A stretch of 64,000 nt of DNA, from the NCBI GenBank assembly GCA_048884785.1, contig JBHLQM010000006.1, positions 16,038-80,037 of the forward strand, read 5' to 3'. The position numbers and the translations under genes were made by a program. Source of the DNA: Candidatus Thorarchaeota archaeon (lineage in GTDB: Archaea; Asgardarchaeota; Thorarchaeia; Thorarchaeales; Thorarchaeaceae). Under the pieces are notes generated by a model. It did no database searches. It had not been told where the DNA came from and was given only the letters and a program-made list of their open reading frames with translations. Shown here piece after piece: positions 29,327 to 40,124 of this stretch; the stretch's first letter is position 1; each line of letters opens with the position of its first letter.

Positions 29327-31212
29327 TTATGAAACGAGGTGGATATACAAGGAGAATTCTAAGAGTCCATCTTGATACCAGGTCTTTTCACATCGATCCC
29401 CTCCCTTCTGATTGGATACGAGATTATATTGGAGGTGATGGATTTGCAGCTAGAATACTATACAATGAGGTTCCTGCTAGGGCTGATCCTCTCGGAGTGG
29501 AGAATAAACTTCTTGTTGCAACAGGTCCAATTACTGGCACTCTGTGGCCAATGAGTGGTAGAACAGTATTCATTTCAAAAGCTGCACAGACCGGTATCTG
29601 GGGGGAGAGTCATGTTGGGGGCTTCTTGGGTGCAGAGTTGAAATACGCTGGATTTGACATTCTAATTATTGAAGGTCAATCAGAGAAACCTGTCTATATC
29701 TTGGTAAATGATTCGGATCTTGAAATTGTAAGTGCTAAGGAAATATGGGGCATGAAAACTGATGAGGCCACCTCATATATTAGGAAACGTCACAAAGACC
29801 CTGATATCCAGATTGGCGCTATCGGTCCAGCCGGAGAAAATAAGGTTCGTTTCGCTTCGATAATTGTGAACAATGCTAGAGCGGCTGGTCGCACTGGAAT
29901 GGGCGCCGTCTTGGGCTCAAAAAATGTAAAGGCTATTGCAATAAGGGGGCATGGCGGAATCACTGTATCTGACCATGAGCATTTTGTCGAATTAGCCAAG
30001 AAAGCACACATGAGAGTCAGAGAGAATCCTCAAGCTCGCGAAATGGGGAAATGGGGTACCTGGATTCTTACGGCAGTAAAGCAGGAAATTGGAGAATTGC
30101 CTACGTTCAATCATAGAACCGGCGTGTTCTCGGGATGGGACCGACTTACTGGAGAGTACATCCGACCTCGATATACAATTAGTGATAGGGCCTGCTTTGG
30201 ATGCAGCCTTGGTTGCAAGAAAGTGAATTATATACCGCATGGCACCTATGCCGGTACACTTGAAGAAGGACCGGAATATGAGGGGGTCATGGCATTTGGC
30301 AGTCTCCTCGGAATTGATGATTATCCTACAACTCTGAAGGCTAATCAGATATGTAATAAATTTGGAATGGATATTATATCCGCAGGAGCGACGATTGCCT
30401 TTGCCATGGAGCTCTTTGAGAAGAAGATAATCGATTTATCTGATACTGGAGGAATTGCTCTTGAATGGGGGGACGGGGAGCAAGCAATTCAACTACTCGA
30501 GATGATGGGCAAACGTGAGGGATTCGGTGAAGTCTTGGCCGAAGGAACCAAGATTGCCGCAGAAAAAATAGGGAAAGGCGCAGAGGAATTTGCCATTCAT
30601 GTCAAAGGCCTAGAGGTTTCAGGTCAAGATGGGCGAACTCATCGCAGTATAGGACTATCCCATGCAACTGGAGCACGTGGAGCTGACCATCTGAGGTCTC
30701 TCGTTGTTGTTGATCAACTCGGATATGAACAGGTTGCCTCTGAGAGATGGGGTCGAGACAAGATTCCGGAGATACTCAATCCCTATATTGAGAAATACAA
30801 GGCAATTGCAGTTCATGAGAGTGAGAATGCCTACGCAATTCGCGACACCCTGATTGTGTGTTGGTATTCTGTTTCTTGGCCCCCTATATTCTGGATGAAG
30901 GACTTTGCTGAGATGTTGCCTTCTGTAACAGGGGAAAAAGAGCTTGGCAGTGTTGATAACCTGACTGAGATCGCTGAAAGACAAGTCACTCTCAAGCGTC
31001 TCTTTAATGCTCGAGAAGGCATCGATAGAAATGACGACATTCTTCCAAAACGATTCACTCAGGAACCTATGCCGGAAGGACCTGGTAAAGGTCAGGTTGT
31101 TGATCTGGAACCTATGCTTAATGACTACTATAGACTGAGAGGCTGGGATAAAGATACAGGACTTCCCACAAAGGATACCATAAAGAAACTGAACCTGGGC
31201 TGGACACAATAG
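29323..31212 (+). CDS. aor: Tungsten-dependent aldehyde:ferredoxin oxidoreductase family enzyme
   Basis: IGPAGEN, AAGRTGMGAVLGSKNVKAI, CFGCSLGC, GPEYE, GMDIIS and YYRLRGWD motifs. Confidence 0.93.
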   Translation: MIMKRGGYTRRILRVHLDTRSFHIDPLPSDWIRDYIGGDGFAARILYNEVPARADPLGVENKLLVATGPITGTLWPMSGRTVFISKAAQTGIWGESHVGGFLGAELKYAGFDILIIEGQSEKPVYILVNDSDLEIVSAKEIWGMKTDEATSYIRKRHKDPDIQIGAIGPAGENKVRFASIIVNNARAAGRTGMGAVLGSKNVKAIAIRGHGGITVSDHEHFVELAKKAHMRVRENPQAREMGKWGTWILTAVKQEIGELPTFNHRTGVFSGWDRLTGEYIRPRYTISDRACFGCSLGCKKVNYIPHGTYAGTLEEGPEYEGVMAFGSLLGIDDYPTTLKANQICNKFGMDIISAGATIAFAMELFEKKIIDLSDTGGIALEWGDGEQAIQLLEMMGKREGFGEVLAEGTKIAAEKIGKGAEEFAIHVKGLEVSGQDGRTHRSIGLSHATGARGADHLRSLVVVDQLGYEQVASERWGRDKIPEILNPYIEKYKAIAVHESENAYAIRDTLIVCWYSVSWPPIFWMKDFAEMLPSVTGEKELGSVDNLTEIAERQVTLKRLFNAREGIDRNDDILPKRFTQEPMPEGPGKGQVVDLEPMLNDYYRLRGWDKDTGLPTKDTIKKLNLGWTQ

Positions 31213-31228
31213 AACCAGTTGCCCATGG

Positions 31229-31438
31229 CTACCTCGGAATAGAGATGTAAAGAATGTCTTCGTAACCGAGTATTCCGAATCCAGATGGATTCTCCAAGCG
31301 GATATAACCCTCGAACACCTCGTTTACACGCACGTTCGGTATCTTTGCTAGAGTGTCTTTTTGCATATAGCGAAGATAAATAGTGAAGACTTGCTGAGTC
31401 TGTTTCAATTCCTGGAATATAGCTCGCCAATCGGGCAT
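31229..31438 (-). CDS. Small hypothetical protein, possible Sm/Hfq-like beta-barrel
   Basis: 69 aa, helix then five short strands; GGAGG RBS. Confidence 0.55.
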   Translation of the reverse strand: MPDWRAIFQELKQTQQVFTIYLRYMQKDTLAKIPNVRVNEVFEGYIRLENPSGFGILGYEDILYISIPR

Positions 31439-31508
31439 TATTGTTTCCTCCTGGTCTGAATCCTACCCAGCTGTTGAGCATTTAACAGTTATCTATGATG
31501 TAATTTCC

Positions 31509-31997
31509 TTACTTCGGGGTCTCTATTGAATATCTTCTTGGTGTCAATCCGATTTGTCTAAACCCATTCTCTACATTCCGAATGGGATTCTTCTCTCCCA
31601 CATATCGAAGGACGTGAGTTGAACAGGATTCCTGGCAATCAGATGATCCAAATCCTCTTGGTCCCCATTGAAAGGGGCCTACATCAGCAAGAGACCTGAT
31701 TAATATGCATTCCTTCTTTCCATTAGATTCAGCCCAGATTGCCTCCTTGGAGGAGATTTCATCAGACAGAAGGTGATCAATGTGCCAGTGAATTTTCTTT
31801 TTTTTTCTGAAATGACGACGTAATCTATTTTCTAGATTTGTTGAGCCCAATCCCTGCGCGGATCCAATATAGATCCAATAGCCAGATGTAAATTCGAAAG
31901 CTCTACCGGATTCTAGCAGGATTTTAACATCTCTCCTGAGATGGACGATTAAGGCATAGACGCCCCTCATTTCAGCATTCACTCCTGCAGGATTCAT
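31509..31997 (-). CDS. DUF123 / GIY-YIG (Uri) nuclease-family protein
   Basis: GVYALI, YIGSA, RLRRH, HWHIDHL and GFGSSDC...C..H motifs. Confidence 0.88.
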   Translation of the reverse strand: MNPAGVNAEMRGVYALIVHLRRDVKILLESGRAFEFTSGYWIYIGSAQGLGSTNLENRLRRHFRKKKKIHWHIDHLLSDEISSKEAIWAESNGKKECILIRSLADVGPFQWGPRGFGSSDCQESCSTHVLRYVGEKNPIRNVENGFRQIGLTPRRYSIETPK

Positions 31998-32151
31998 TCC
32001 TACCTCTTTTGTATATTAGCAAAGAGCACTGACCTGTTTTCAGGCTTGTTTCCTTTTCATGTTTCTTTGCGAACACGGCCTGCTATCTTTCTATTGTTGC
32101 TCAACAGTCGATATTGTCATAAGTACATTAGAAGATACATCCTATTGAACA

Positions 32152-33099
32152 ATGCACGCTAGTGAAATTGTCCCGGGGGTATACACGGCAAAGGGTAAGT
32201 TTGCCGATGAATTTGGCTTCATTTCAAGCTATGTGATAATAGACAATGAAGCAGCAATTATCATTGATCCCGGAACTGCTGGTGATCCTGGGAAGGAATT
32301 GCTTGAATTCATTCGTGAACGGGGTATCAATCCCAAAAGTGATGTCGTCGCCATCCTATGCACTCATGGCCATCCTGATCATATTGGAGGAGCTGGAATT
32401 CTGAAGCGGATAACTGGGGCCCCCATCATGATTCATGAGGCTGATGCAGAAATGGTTTCAAATCCCACTCTGTTCATCAAGGAACGGCTCAGTCTTGATT
32501 TCGCCGGCAGGATGTCTATGAAGATTGACCGCGGCCCTCTCCGCGTAAATTATCATCCAGCTCAAGTTGATAGGAAACTACGAGAAGGTGATACCATATC
32601 TGTTGGAAACACTACTCTAGAGGTTCTTCATACAGGTGGACATTCTGCAGGTCACTGTGCATTCTATGATTCATCTCGTGGAATTCTCTTCAGTGGAGAT
32701 GAGGTGAACAACTTCCCAAACGACCCGAGAAAATTCTATGTTGACCTAAGTGGAAGCCTTGCCCTAAGGAGGGCGGGAATCGAAAGACTAGCAAAACTAT
32801 CTTGCAGTTATCTACTGCCTTCTCATGATGTGCCTCACCTACTGAATGAAGTCTCTCTTCAATTCAAGGATGCAAGCGATGCAGTACTTCAGTTTCAGGA
32901 TACCGTATTGAGTCATCTGCAATCTAGAGGCGAGGCTGACTTGGAACAGATGGTTTTTGATATTCAACAGGCAAGAAGTATAGCTACTCCCACTGATGCA
33001 TATGGACTCTTCACTACCACTCTAAAGGTTTGTTTGAGAGATTTGGCAAGCGCAGGTCTTGCTAGATCAGATGGAAACGACATTTGGCGGCTCGCATAG
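32152..33099 (+). CDS. MBL-fold metallo-hydrolase with C-terminal winged helix
   Basis: THGHPDHIGG, GHSAGH, FSGD and PSH motifs. Confidence 0.9.
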   Translation: MHASEIVPGVYTAKGKFADEFGFISSYVIIDNEAAIIIDPGTAGDPGKELLEFIRERGINPKSDVVAILCTHGHPDHIGGAGILKRITGAPIMIHEADAEMVSNPTLFIKERLSLDFAGRMSMKIDRGPLRVNYHPAQVDRKLREGDTISVGNTTLEVLHTGGHSAGHCAFYDSSRGILFSGDEVNNFPNDPRKFYVDLSGSLALRRAGIERLAKLSCSYLLPSHDVPHLLNEVSLQFKDASDAVLQFQDTVLSHLQSRGEADLEQMVFDIQQARSIATPTDAYGLFTTTLKVCLRDLASAGLARSDGNDIWRLA

Positions 33100-33217
33100 A
33101 TAATCACTACATTCAAGCTATATTCAAAAACTTGGTTGCAGACACTTCGCAATGTGACGTAATGAGTTCATTCTGAATCCGCGTCTTTCTTGTCAAATCC
33201 ATGAAGGGACCATCCAA

Positions 33218-35824
33218 ATGTCAAAGGAAAAGAAAAATGTGCAAACCGCCAGCACCGTTGAAGCCATCAGGATGGCATCAGCTTCAATCTTGGGAACTAC
33301 TACCAGTCAGGGGTATCCATTAGGGAGCGCAACTGGTTCAGGTTCAAAGATGGAAGAGAATTCGGAAGCTGTAGCAATGAATATCGCCCCTCTGATTTTC
33401 TCTCTCCGCGATGAAGTTGCTGCGGCAGAAGGACTGAATCTCTTATCACTTGAGTGGGATCTAGAACGAACTCCTGGACCAGAGATATTACCTGAGCATC
33501 TCATTATAACAGGCGGAAAATCTGGTGATGTTTCTTCTCATATATGCGCATTAGGTTGGGAGAAAGGTGTTATTGATCCATTCAAAATGGACGAATATAT
33601 GGGTAGAATCGCCAAGAAAATATCTGATGTGGAAAAGGCTGTTATTGGAAATGGAATCGAGTATGAAAGTGATGGTCTTGCCATTCTTCGAAAATTCTCC
33701 AATCGATTCAATAGTGTTATTTTTGTTGAGATGCTTGAAAGACAGTTCCAAGAGACATGGGAATCTCAGAGAATAAAACCTGAAAGCGTTGATATTGAAT
33801 CAATCATAGAATTCAGGTTTCGAGATGATTTCTCTTCAAATCCCCCTGGTCCAAAAATACAGCAACGGACATTGATTGATTTCAGATTGCCTGAAGGATC
33901 GGAAGAAGAACGTCTTCTTCACTTTCGACATAGAATTCTATCACCCCGCGGACTTGCAGCCATTTCATCCCGTATCCCTGACATGGGAAGAGCCATTCTC
34001 ACTGAATTGAATGAATACGCTTACAGCATTGAGGAGGTAGAAATTGCACAATCAACTATTGAAGCTCTTGTGGAATTCTTGGGGAAAGACCAGATTCAGC
34101 CAGATGAGCTTAGTGTACTCGCAAGCTCTTCCAAACAATTCGCACAGAAAATGTCTGAAGCCGCAAATCTATTTGGCATACTGGTTGATGAACACTCAAC
34201 ATCTGGGCTACGATTGACTCTGGATGGACATCACGAAAGGATTTTGGCGGCCATTGAACAGAAATCGAATGCTCTTGATGAACTTCAAATTAAATACAGT
34301 AAGACACTTTTACACCATCTCAGTGCATCTATAGAACGTGGTTTTCCAACATCTGATGAAATTAGGGCTTGGGAGCTTAAATCAACATTCTCATACTTTG
34401 TGGCAGTAATAAAACGAGTTCTAAGCTATCTTACTCACGAGCTACAGCAGTTCCTGCTTTTCAGTTCTGTGAAGCGGGTTCTTCGAGAAACACTTGAAGA
34501 GTTCAGGAATGATTCGGATATGGAGCAAATGGATGCAACAGAAAAACTGCTATTCCACAAGTTCTATGCTGAATTATACTCGCTTCTCAATGCTATAATC
34601 GACCGGAAATCGTCAATTGATTCAGACTCTTCAAACATCAATCACATTGTTGAATCTATTACCAAAGAGGTGAGTGAAGAATTCAAACGAATTGATGTTT
34701 GGGATATAATTGGCTTTTCTGACCTTGCCGAGATTGCGCGTGCTGAGATCGAATCTTATGAAAACAATATCGAGAGCAAGGTCACGCGTGATTCGCTAAC
34801 CAATTTATTGCAGCAATATGAGGAGTTTGTTAGCCAAACGCTTCCCGATGTTGGTGAGAAATTCATTTCTAGAGATTGGTTCAATAGTGCGATTGATGCA
34901 GCAACAAAGAATGGGAGTACAGTTTTAGATTTTCTCAGGAGTTCGATTTCCGAAGAGAGTGAAAAGACAGCTGATTGGAGGGAAGAAGCAATGACTTGGG
35001 CTGGGCTTCTAAACGAACGAGTTTCTGATTCAATGCCCGTATCAGAACAGCTCTTCACTTTCCTCAAGCTTGCATATGAGCGGCTAGGCGAAGGTGCCAC
35101 TCCAACTGCAGTTTTGGAGCGAATCCGTATCTCTGATCAAAAACTCCATGATCAATATGAAAATAATGTCAATACATGGAAGGCACTCTGCAGTGAGATT
35201 GACAGGGAGAACGAACCAATCAGGGAGAATAACAAACGACGAGAGATTCTACTCACAGAGGCCATCACGAATTGTGAGCACGAAACAAGAGAGTATGAAA
35301 TCTCGCTTCAAAATTTCCAGAAAAAGATGGAAGAATATAACTCACAACCAATTCCCAACGAAATGCCTAGACCAACTGAACCATCAATACCAGAGTCACT
35401 GGAATCCCGCAAAGCAAGAATTGACAGTCAATATCCCCTGCAAGCTGAAAGAGAGTACCCCCCTGAACCAACTCAATCGGAAGAGATGCAAACCTATTCC
35501 GTCCTTAGAGAGCTATTAGATAGAAAGCTGGAAAAAATGGAGAGAAGCCAAGAACGAATGGAACAAGTGTTTACCCTGAAACTCCGTGCACTAAAATCAG
35601 AAGGAGCAAAAATCACAGAGGGTATCGCAATAGGACTTAGTACTGAGTTCCTCGAGTTTCTAATGAATGCGGCAGTTCGAAAACTAGGTCGACTCTTGCC
35701 TCGCGCAAAGAGAGTGTTTTTGCGAAGTCCAACAGAAAGTGGAATCGTCTATCTAGTTTCATTTGAATTCAAAGGCGATATATTGGTAGTATCTATTGGC
35801 AACAATTTGCTGAGGAGGGTCTAG
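33218..35824 (+). CDS. Large hypothetical helical protein (868 aa), possible N-terminal longin-like domain
   Basis: Long ORF; alpha/beta ends, helical/coiled-coil core and Pro-rich segments. Confidence 0.7.
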   Translation: MSKEKKNVQTASTVEAIRMASASILGTTTSQGYPLGSATGSGSKMEENSEAVAMNIAPLIFSLRDEVAAAEGLNLLSLEWDLERTPGPEILPEHLIITGGKSGDVSSHICALGWEKGVIDPFKMDEYMGRIAKKISDVEKAVIGNGIEYESDGLAILRKFSNRFNSVIFVEMLERQFQETWESQRIKPESVDIESIIEFRFRDDFSSNPPGPKIQQRTLIDFRLPEGSEEERLLHFRHRILSPRGLAAISSRIPDMGRAILTELNEYAYSIEEVEIAQSTIEALVEFLGKDQIQPDELSVLASSSKQFAQKMSEAANLFGILVDEHSTSGLRLTLDGHHERILAAIEQKSNALDELQIKYSKTLLHHLSASIERGFPTSDEIRAWELKSTFSYFVAVIKRVLSYLTHELQQFLLFSSVKRVLRETLEEFRNDSDMEQMDATEKLLFHKFYAELYSLLNAIIDRKSSIDSDSSNINHIVESITKEVSEEFKRIDVWDIIGFSDLAEIARAEIESYENNIESKVTRDSLTNLLQQYEEFVSQTLPDVGEKFISRDWFNSAIDAATKNGSTVLDFLRSSISEESEKTADWREEAMTWAGLLNERVSDSMPVSEQLFTFLKLAYERLGEGATPTAVLERIRISDQKLHDQYENNVNTWKALCSEIDRENEPIRENNKRREILLTEAITNCEHETREYEISLQNFQKKMEEYNSQPIPNEMPRPTEPSIPESLESRKARIDSQYPLQAEREYPPEPTQSEEMQTYSVLRELLDRKLEKMERSQERMEQVFTLKLRALKSEGAKITEGIAIGLSTEFLEFLMNAAVRKLGRLLPRAKRVFLRSPTESGIVYLVSFEFKGDILVVSIGNNLLRRV

Positions 35825-35826
35825 CA

Positions 35827-38283
35827 ATGTCGAGCTCATGGATACTAAAAACAAGGCAGATGAGTGAAGCGGGAAAGGCAACGATTTTGAGCCAAGCTTT
35901 GGCCAATCATTTGCGAAGCCCTCGTGATAGAAAACTAGTAACAGGGGAATTGAAAGAAAAACATTCCCTTGAAGATTTGCTATCCCTATTTGGTGCCTTT
36001 TACTTATACAGCTATCAAGGAATTCGGCTACTTCACTTAGATGCTTCACAAGACCTCTCTATTGAGGAGCGAGAGGCACTCACGAAAAAGGAGCATGGGC
36101 TTCTTGAGAATGAAGTTCGAATGATGCTTGGCAATAAGCAGAGAGAGGAAATTCATGTCTCAAGAATTTCAAGCGAATTCACTCTTGAAGCATGTTCAAC
36201 GCTAGAAGGGAGCAAACCAAAGGATTCCGAAACGATGCAAGTTGTTATCGATCTCATCAGGAAATATGCAAACATGATTCCAAGCGAGTACTCCCATAAT
36301 AGCGAAATCGACTTCATTACGGAGATTACTGGCTGGGCTGCAAAATGGAGGGATGAAATATATGTCAAGGCATCCGGTTTGAAGGAATCTTCATTATCAC
36401 TTCGAGACGAGCTATTAAAGCCGCATGACGAGGAAGTAGCAGAAATTGCGGTTCTAAAACGAGGTATTGAGGCCGTAAAAGGGAGTATTTCCCCACCATC
36501 CAAACGTGTACTTTCGGAGGGTCTTTCCTCAATTCATTGGAATGGAATTGCTGAGGCTGTGATTGACCGCTTGTTCTCAAACAAGACCACTCTAAATGCA
36601 CTCAAACTTGCACATGGCATTCGATTGTCTGCTCTGAATGCACTCGTACATCAATTTGATTCTCCAACGACTCTTGAGGATTATGAAACTCTCATTGGTA
36701 GAGTTCTAGTTCAAAGCATTTCAGATTCGGGTGCAGATTCCAAAACTATACTTGAAGCGATATCGCATTTTGTAGGAATTCCTCTAGATGATGTTTCAGC
36801 TTTTCTTCGGGTAAATGGGATACGAGATACTTCTCGGATTGCAGAGGGCCTGGTTGCGAGTGCATCGGAATCAAGAGCTGAAGAAATAGGTGAAGCAGCA
36901 CCAGATTCATCATACACACCTGAGCAAATAGAGGAGATGACGCGTTCTCTTCGGAAACTGGAGAAATTAGAAGATACTTTGGAGAAGCCTGTGAAAGGAT
37001 TACTTAGGTCGAAAGGACTCCGAGCGTCTGAGCTTGATTCAATCCATCTTGATTTTCTGACTAAAGATCGATCAACATTACTTGGGTTTGAGATTCGCGT
37101 ATTGGAGGAGTTGGAGAGAAAGACTCGTGTTCCAGATCCTGAAGAAGTAAAACAGTTGATTCAGCTAAGGACTGAATTCCAAAGTGGCAAACTCACAGGC
37201 GCTGAAATTAGTTCGTCAATGGATATGACTAGACAGCTACAAGAAGGAAAATCATTCTCAGGTCTCCGGATGGATTTGATTTGGTATTTTACCATAGGAA
37301 TTCTGAAGAATCTAGTTCGCGTGATCGAAACCTATAATCGTTCCAAGTATGATATTCAAAGGTCCAAGGCTTTGCTAAAGAGTATCTACGAGGACTCTGA
37401 CACTCAGCTTCAATTTCTAAGAGAGGAGATTCTGATTGACCTCCTGTCTATGCGGCTGGCTGAAATTAAGATAGTTCATCCTGAGTTGAATGCTTCAAAC
37501 ATATGTGCATGGTATCATGCTCGTCTCACAAATACCGATATTGAATCAGCAAAGGTTTCTCTTGATACTTCTCCGTCCCCTGTATTCTGGGGCGTGAAGG
37601 CTGAATCATTGAATTTGAGAGAACTCTCATTTGATAATTATTCAATAGCATTTGACCTTATGCAGAGGTTCCTTGTGGCGCAAAGGTCGGAACGCGACAT
37701 CAGAATTGAACAGGCGGCAGAGGCGAAAACCACTCGCGAAAAGCAAATAGAGGATAAAAAGAGCAGTGTGGATGTTTTCAGTTTTATATACACCAAATCC
37801 CACACAGTCTTTCGGGCAATTGGCCGAGTTGGAGCAAAGGGTCTAGAGTGGAATGCAAATGACGATGCTAAATGTGCTAATTTGCTATCTTTCTTCCTGA
37901 AGAACAAACGTGGAATCCCTATTTGCGGAGTTTGTGGTGAAAGCTCCGCAGATGGAGTGTGCAGTGCTCATGGCAAAGGCAACATGACCAATTCGACTGA
38001 TGTTGATAACCTCTCTTGGTTTGTTAAGAGGGCAATTAGTGATATTAAAGAAGGATTAATTGGAGCCAAATCTGAACCTTTAGCTTGGAGTGAAGCGAGG
38101 TCGATTGTGCAGCGGGAGCTTGGTATCCTCAGGCGCAGAGGAAAACTAACAAGTAGGACAAATGTCAACGCTATGCTACCTGGCGAAATCAACTATATTG
38201 TAGGTCCAGCGCTAGCAGCAGTAATTGGGAAATACTTCAATGAATCGCTCGAATATGCCGCGCGTCGAGCTGGAATTGCCTGA
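35827..38283 (+). CDS. Large hypothetical helical protein (818 aa) with CxxC-x8-CxxH zinc finger
   Basis: Starts 2 nt after the previous stop; CGVCGESSADGVCSAHG. Confidence 0.7.
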   Translation: MSSSWILKTRQMSEAGKATILSQALANHLRSPRDRKLVTGELKEKHSLEDLLSLFGAFYLYSYQGIRLLHLDASQDLSIEEREALTKKEHGLLENEVRMMLGNKQREEIHVSRISSEFTLEACSTLEGSKPKDSETMQVVIDLIRKYANMIPSEYSHNSEIDFITEITGWAAKWRDEIYVKASGLKESSLSLRDELLKPHDEEVAEIAVLKRGIEAVKGSISPPSKRVLSEGLSSIHWNGIAEAVIDRLFSNKTTLNALKLAHGIRLSALNALVHQFDSPTTLEDYETLIGRVLVQSISDSGADSKTILEAISHFVGIPLDDVSAFLRVNGIRDTSRIAEGLVASASESRAEEIGEAAPDSSYTPEQIEEMTRSLRKLEKLEDTLEKPVKGLLRSKGLRASELDSIHLDFLTKDRSTLLGFEIRVLEELERKTRVPDPEEVKQLIQLRTEFQSGKLTGAEISSSMDMTRQLQEGKSFSGLRMDLIWYFTIGILKNLVRVIETYNRSKYDIQRSKALLKSIYEDSDTQLQFLREEILIDLLSMRLAEIKIVHPELNASNICAWYHARLTNTDIESAKVSLDTSPSPVFWGVKAESLNLRELSFDNYSIAFDLMQRFLVAQRSERDIRIEQAAEAKTTREKQIEDKKSSVDVFSFIYTKSHTVFRAIGRVGAKGLEWNANDDAKCANLLSFFLKNKRGIPICGVCGESSADGVCSAHGKGNMTNSTDVDNLSWFVKRAISDIKEGLIGAKSEPLAWSEARSIVQRELGILRRRGKLTSRTNVNAMLPGEINYIVGPALAAVIGKYFNESLEYAARRAGIA

Positions 38284-38285
38284 TT

Positions 38286-38609
38286 CTAATGCTTATCGAG
38301 CGTGCTGTGTACTATCCAATTGAGATAATCCTTGGATCCCCCTTCAATTGGGATTACAATGAATTCGGGGATTTCATATGGATGGTGAATTTTAAGTTTC
38401 TCAAGAAGTTGCTCTTGCAGTTCTTCTTTGGTTTTCATTAGCAAGATGCATTCAGGGTCAACTTCTATTTTCCCTTTCCAGTGGTATATGCTTGTAACAC
38501 TTCGAATAATATTAACACAGGCGCACGCTTTCGACTTGACTAGTTCCATCGCAATTAGGTCTGCATCTTTCTCTGTGCAAGTACTTATGGCTAGTACAAA
38601 CTCCGACAT
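38286..38609 (-). CDS. cutA: Divalent-cation tolerance protein CutA
   Basis: ACVNI..VTSIYHWKG, HPYEIPE and YLNW motifs. Confidence 0.92.
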   Translation of the reverse strand: MSEFVLAISTCTEKDADLIAMELVKSKACACVNIIRSVTSIYHWKGKIEVDPECILLMKTKEELQEQLLEKLKIHHPYEIPEFIVIPIEGGSKDYLNWIVHSTLDKH

Positions 38610-38711
38610 TACAAAAATCTCCTAATCAAAAGAGTACATAGCATCTCAATATATGCATCATGCCTTGCTGGGTCGCAGCCTTTATACGGAGGTAGTTTTG
38701 TCGATGACTCA

Positions 38712-40118
38712 GTGGCGAGTTTCATGACAAAGCGGTTTGTTCCAAAAGGTGTAATGCCGGCGTTAGTGACTCCCTTCACTCGGGATGGAGATTTGATTGA
38801 AGAGAGTTACAAAGAGATTATCGACTATACTATAGAAAATGGCGCCACCGGGATTGTACCAGCAGGTACGACTGGTGAGTTTGTTTACATGCGAACTGAA
38901 GAGAGGAAGAAGCTTCTTCGGTTGGCGGTGGAGTATTCTGATGGAAGAGTACCGGTGGTTGCTGGTACTGGTCAGAATAGCACTCGAGCCACTGTTGCCC
39001 TTACAAAATATGCAGCAGATATTGGCTGCAAAGCCGCCCTTGTGATATCTCCATTCTACCTTCGACCCAGTGACAAGGGATACTATGAACACTACGAAAC
39101 TGTCGCACGGAAATCAGATCTTCCTATCATTCTTTACAACATTCCTCAATGCACACTCGGAGTTCTTCAGTCATCAGTAGTGGAGGATTTGGCTGAAATA
39201 GACAACATTGTAGGAATTAAGGATAGTAGCGGGAATATTGGCCATACGCTTGAGCTAATTCAGAAACTCAAAAGCAAAATGCCGGTTTTAATAGGACACG
39301 ATGAGTGTTTCTTGTCAGCTGTAGCAGCTGGAGCGGAAGCTGCCATCCTGGCCTCAGGCAATATTATGCCACATATTTGGCTTGAGATAATGAAGAAGGT
39401 GAGAAAAGGAAAATTTGAGGAGGCGGCAAAAATGCAGATGTCCGTACAAACACTCTCACGAATAATAACTAGAAATGGAGGAGCTCCGCCAGTTAAAGCT
39501 GCCCTGAAAATGATGGGTTTTAACGCCGGAAAATCCAGAATGCCCTTAGACTCCGGCGGAACGCTAACAGTTGAATTGAAGGAAGAGATTAGACTAGAGT
39601 TGGAGAAACTTGGGCTGATCAAAGAATTGGTTCATCCGGTCATTCAAAAAGAGATTGATATGCAGAAGGTATTGAAAGAGCAAGGCTATTCGATTGATGG
39701 AGGAGTTAAACACTCCTCTGCGTGTGTAGATGGTATCTCAGTAGGAGTTGCCGTTGGTTCCAAAAAAGGATCTCTAGGGACTGCATTTGTTGGCCTTCTT
39801 ACAAGTGCGAAGATAGGACAAGAGGCACTAACAATCATTCTTGAACCTAACCTTGCTGTAAAACCAAGTAGTATAATGCTACCACTTCAACAAATTCAGT
39901 CGATGCGTCAGGCATCGTTATTCTATGGACCTGTTCAGTCCGGAGCTGCCAAGGCATTTGCAGGCTTCATAGGAGAAGGGAGAATTCCAGAGGAATCACT
40001 GAAGGATGAGGTGGCGGTGCTTGCCATTGATGTGGATTTGAATTCTAGAAATCGACGTACAGTTACACGCGAAACTGAGGCAGCAGTATCCGCAGCACTT
40101 GCACAGATTTGGAGGTGA
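38712..40118 (+). CDS. DapA-family (class I) aldolase fused to a degenerate formaldehyde-activating enzyme (Fae) domain
   Basis: PALVTPF, GTTGE, YNIP and Schiff-base IKDSSG; C-terminal GSKKGSLGTAF..LL...LEPNLAVKP....P...Q..LFYGPVQSGAAKA = Fae core. Confidence 0.85.
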   Translation: MASFMTKRFVPKGVMPALVTPFTRDGDLIEESYKEIIDYTIENGATGIVPAGTTGEFVYMRTEERKKLLRLAVEYSDGRVPVVAGTGQNSTRATVALTKYAADIGCKAALVISPFYLRPSDKGYYEHYETVARKSDLPIILYNIPQCTLGVLQSSVVEDLAEIDNIVGIKDSSGNIGHTLELIQKLKSKMPVLIGHDECFLSAVAAGAEAAILASGNIMPHIWLEIMKKVRKGKFEEAAKMQMSVQTLSRIITRNGGAPPVKAALKMMGFNAGKSRMPLDSGGTLTVELKEEIRLELEKLGLIKELVHPVIQKEIDMQKVLKEQGYSIDGGVKHSSACVDGISVGVAVGSKKGSLGTAFVGLLTSAKIGQEALTIILEPNLAVKPSSIMLPLQQIQSMRQASLFYGPVQSGAAKAFAGFIGEGRIPEESLKDEVAVLAIDVDLNSRNRRTVTRETEAAVSAALAQIWR

Positions 40119-40124
40119 AAAGAT

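Noticed and set aside
31509-31997. GIY-YIG gene as a homing endonuclease or mobile element
   Set aside because: DUF123-type standalone archaeal protein; no intron, terminal repeats or target duplication seen
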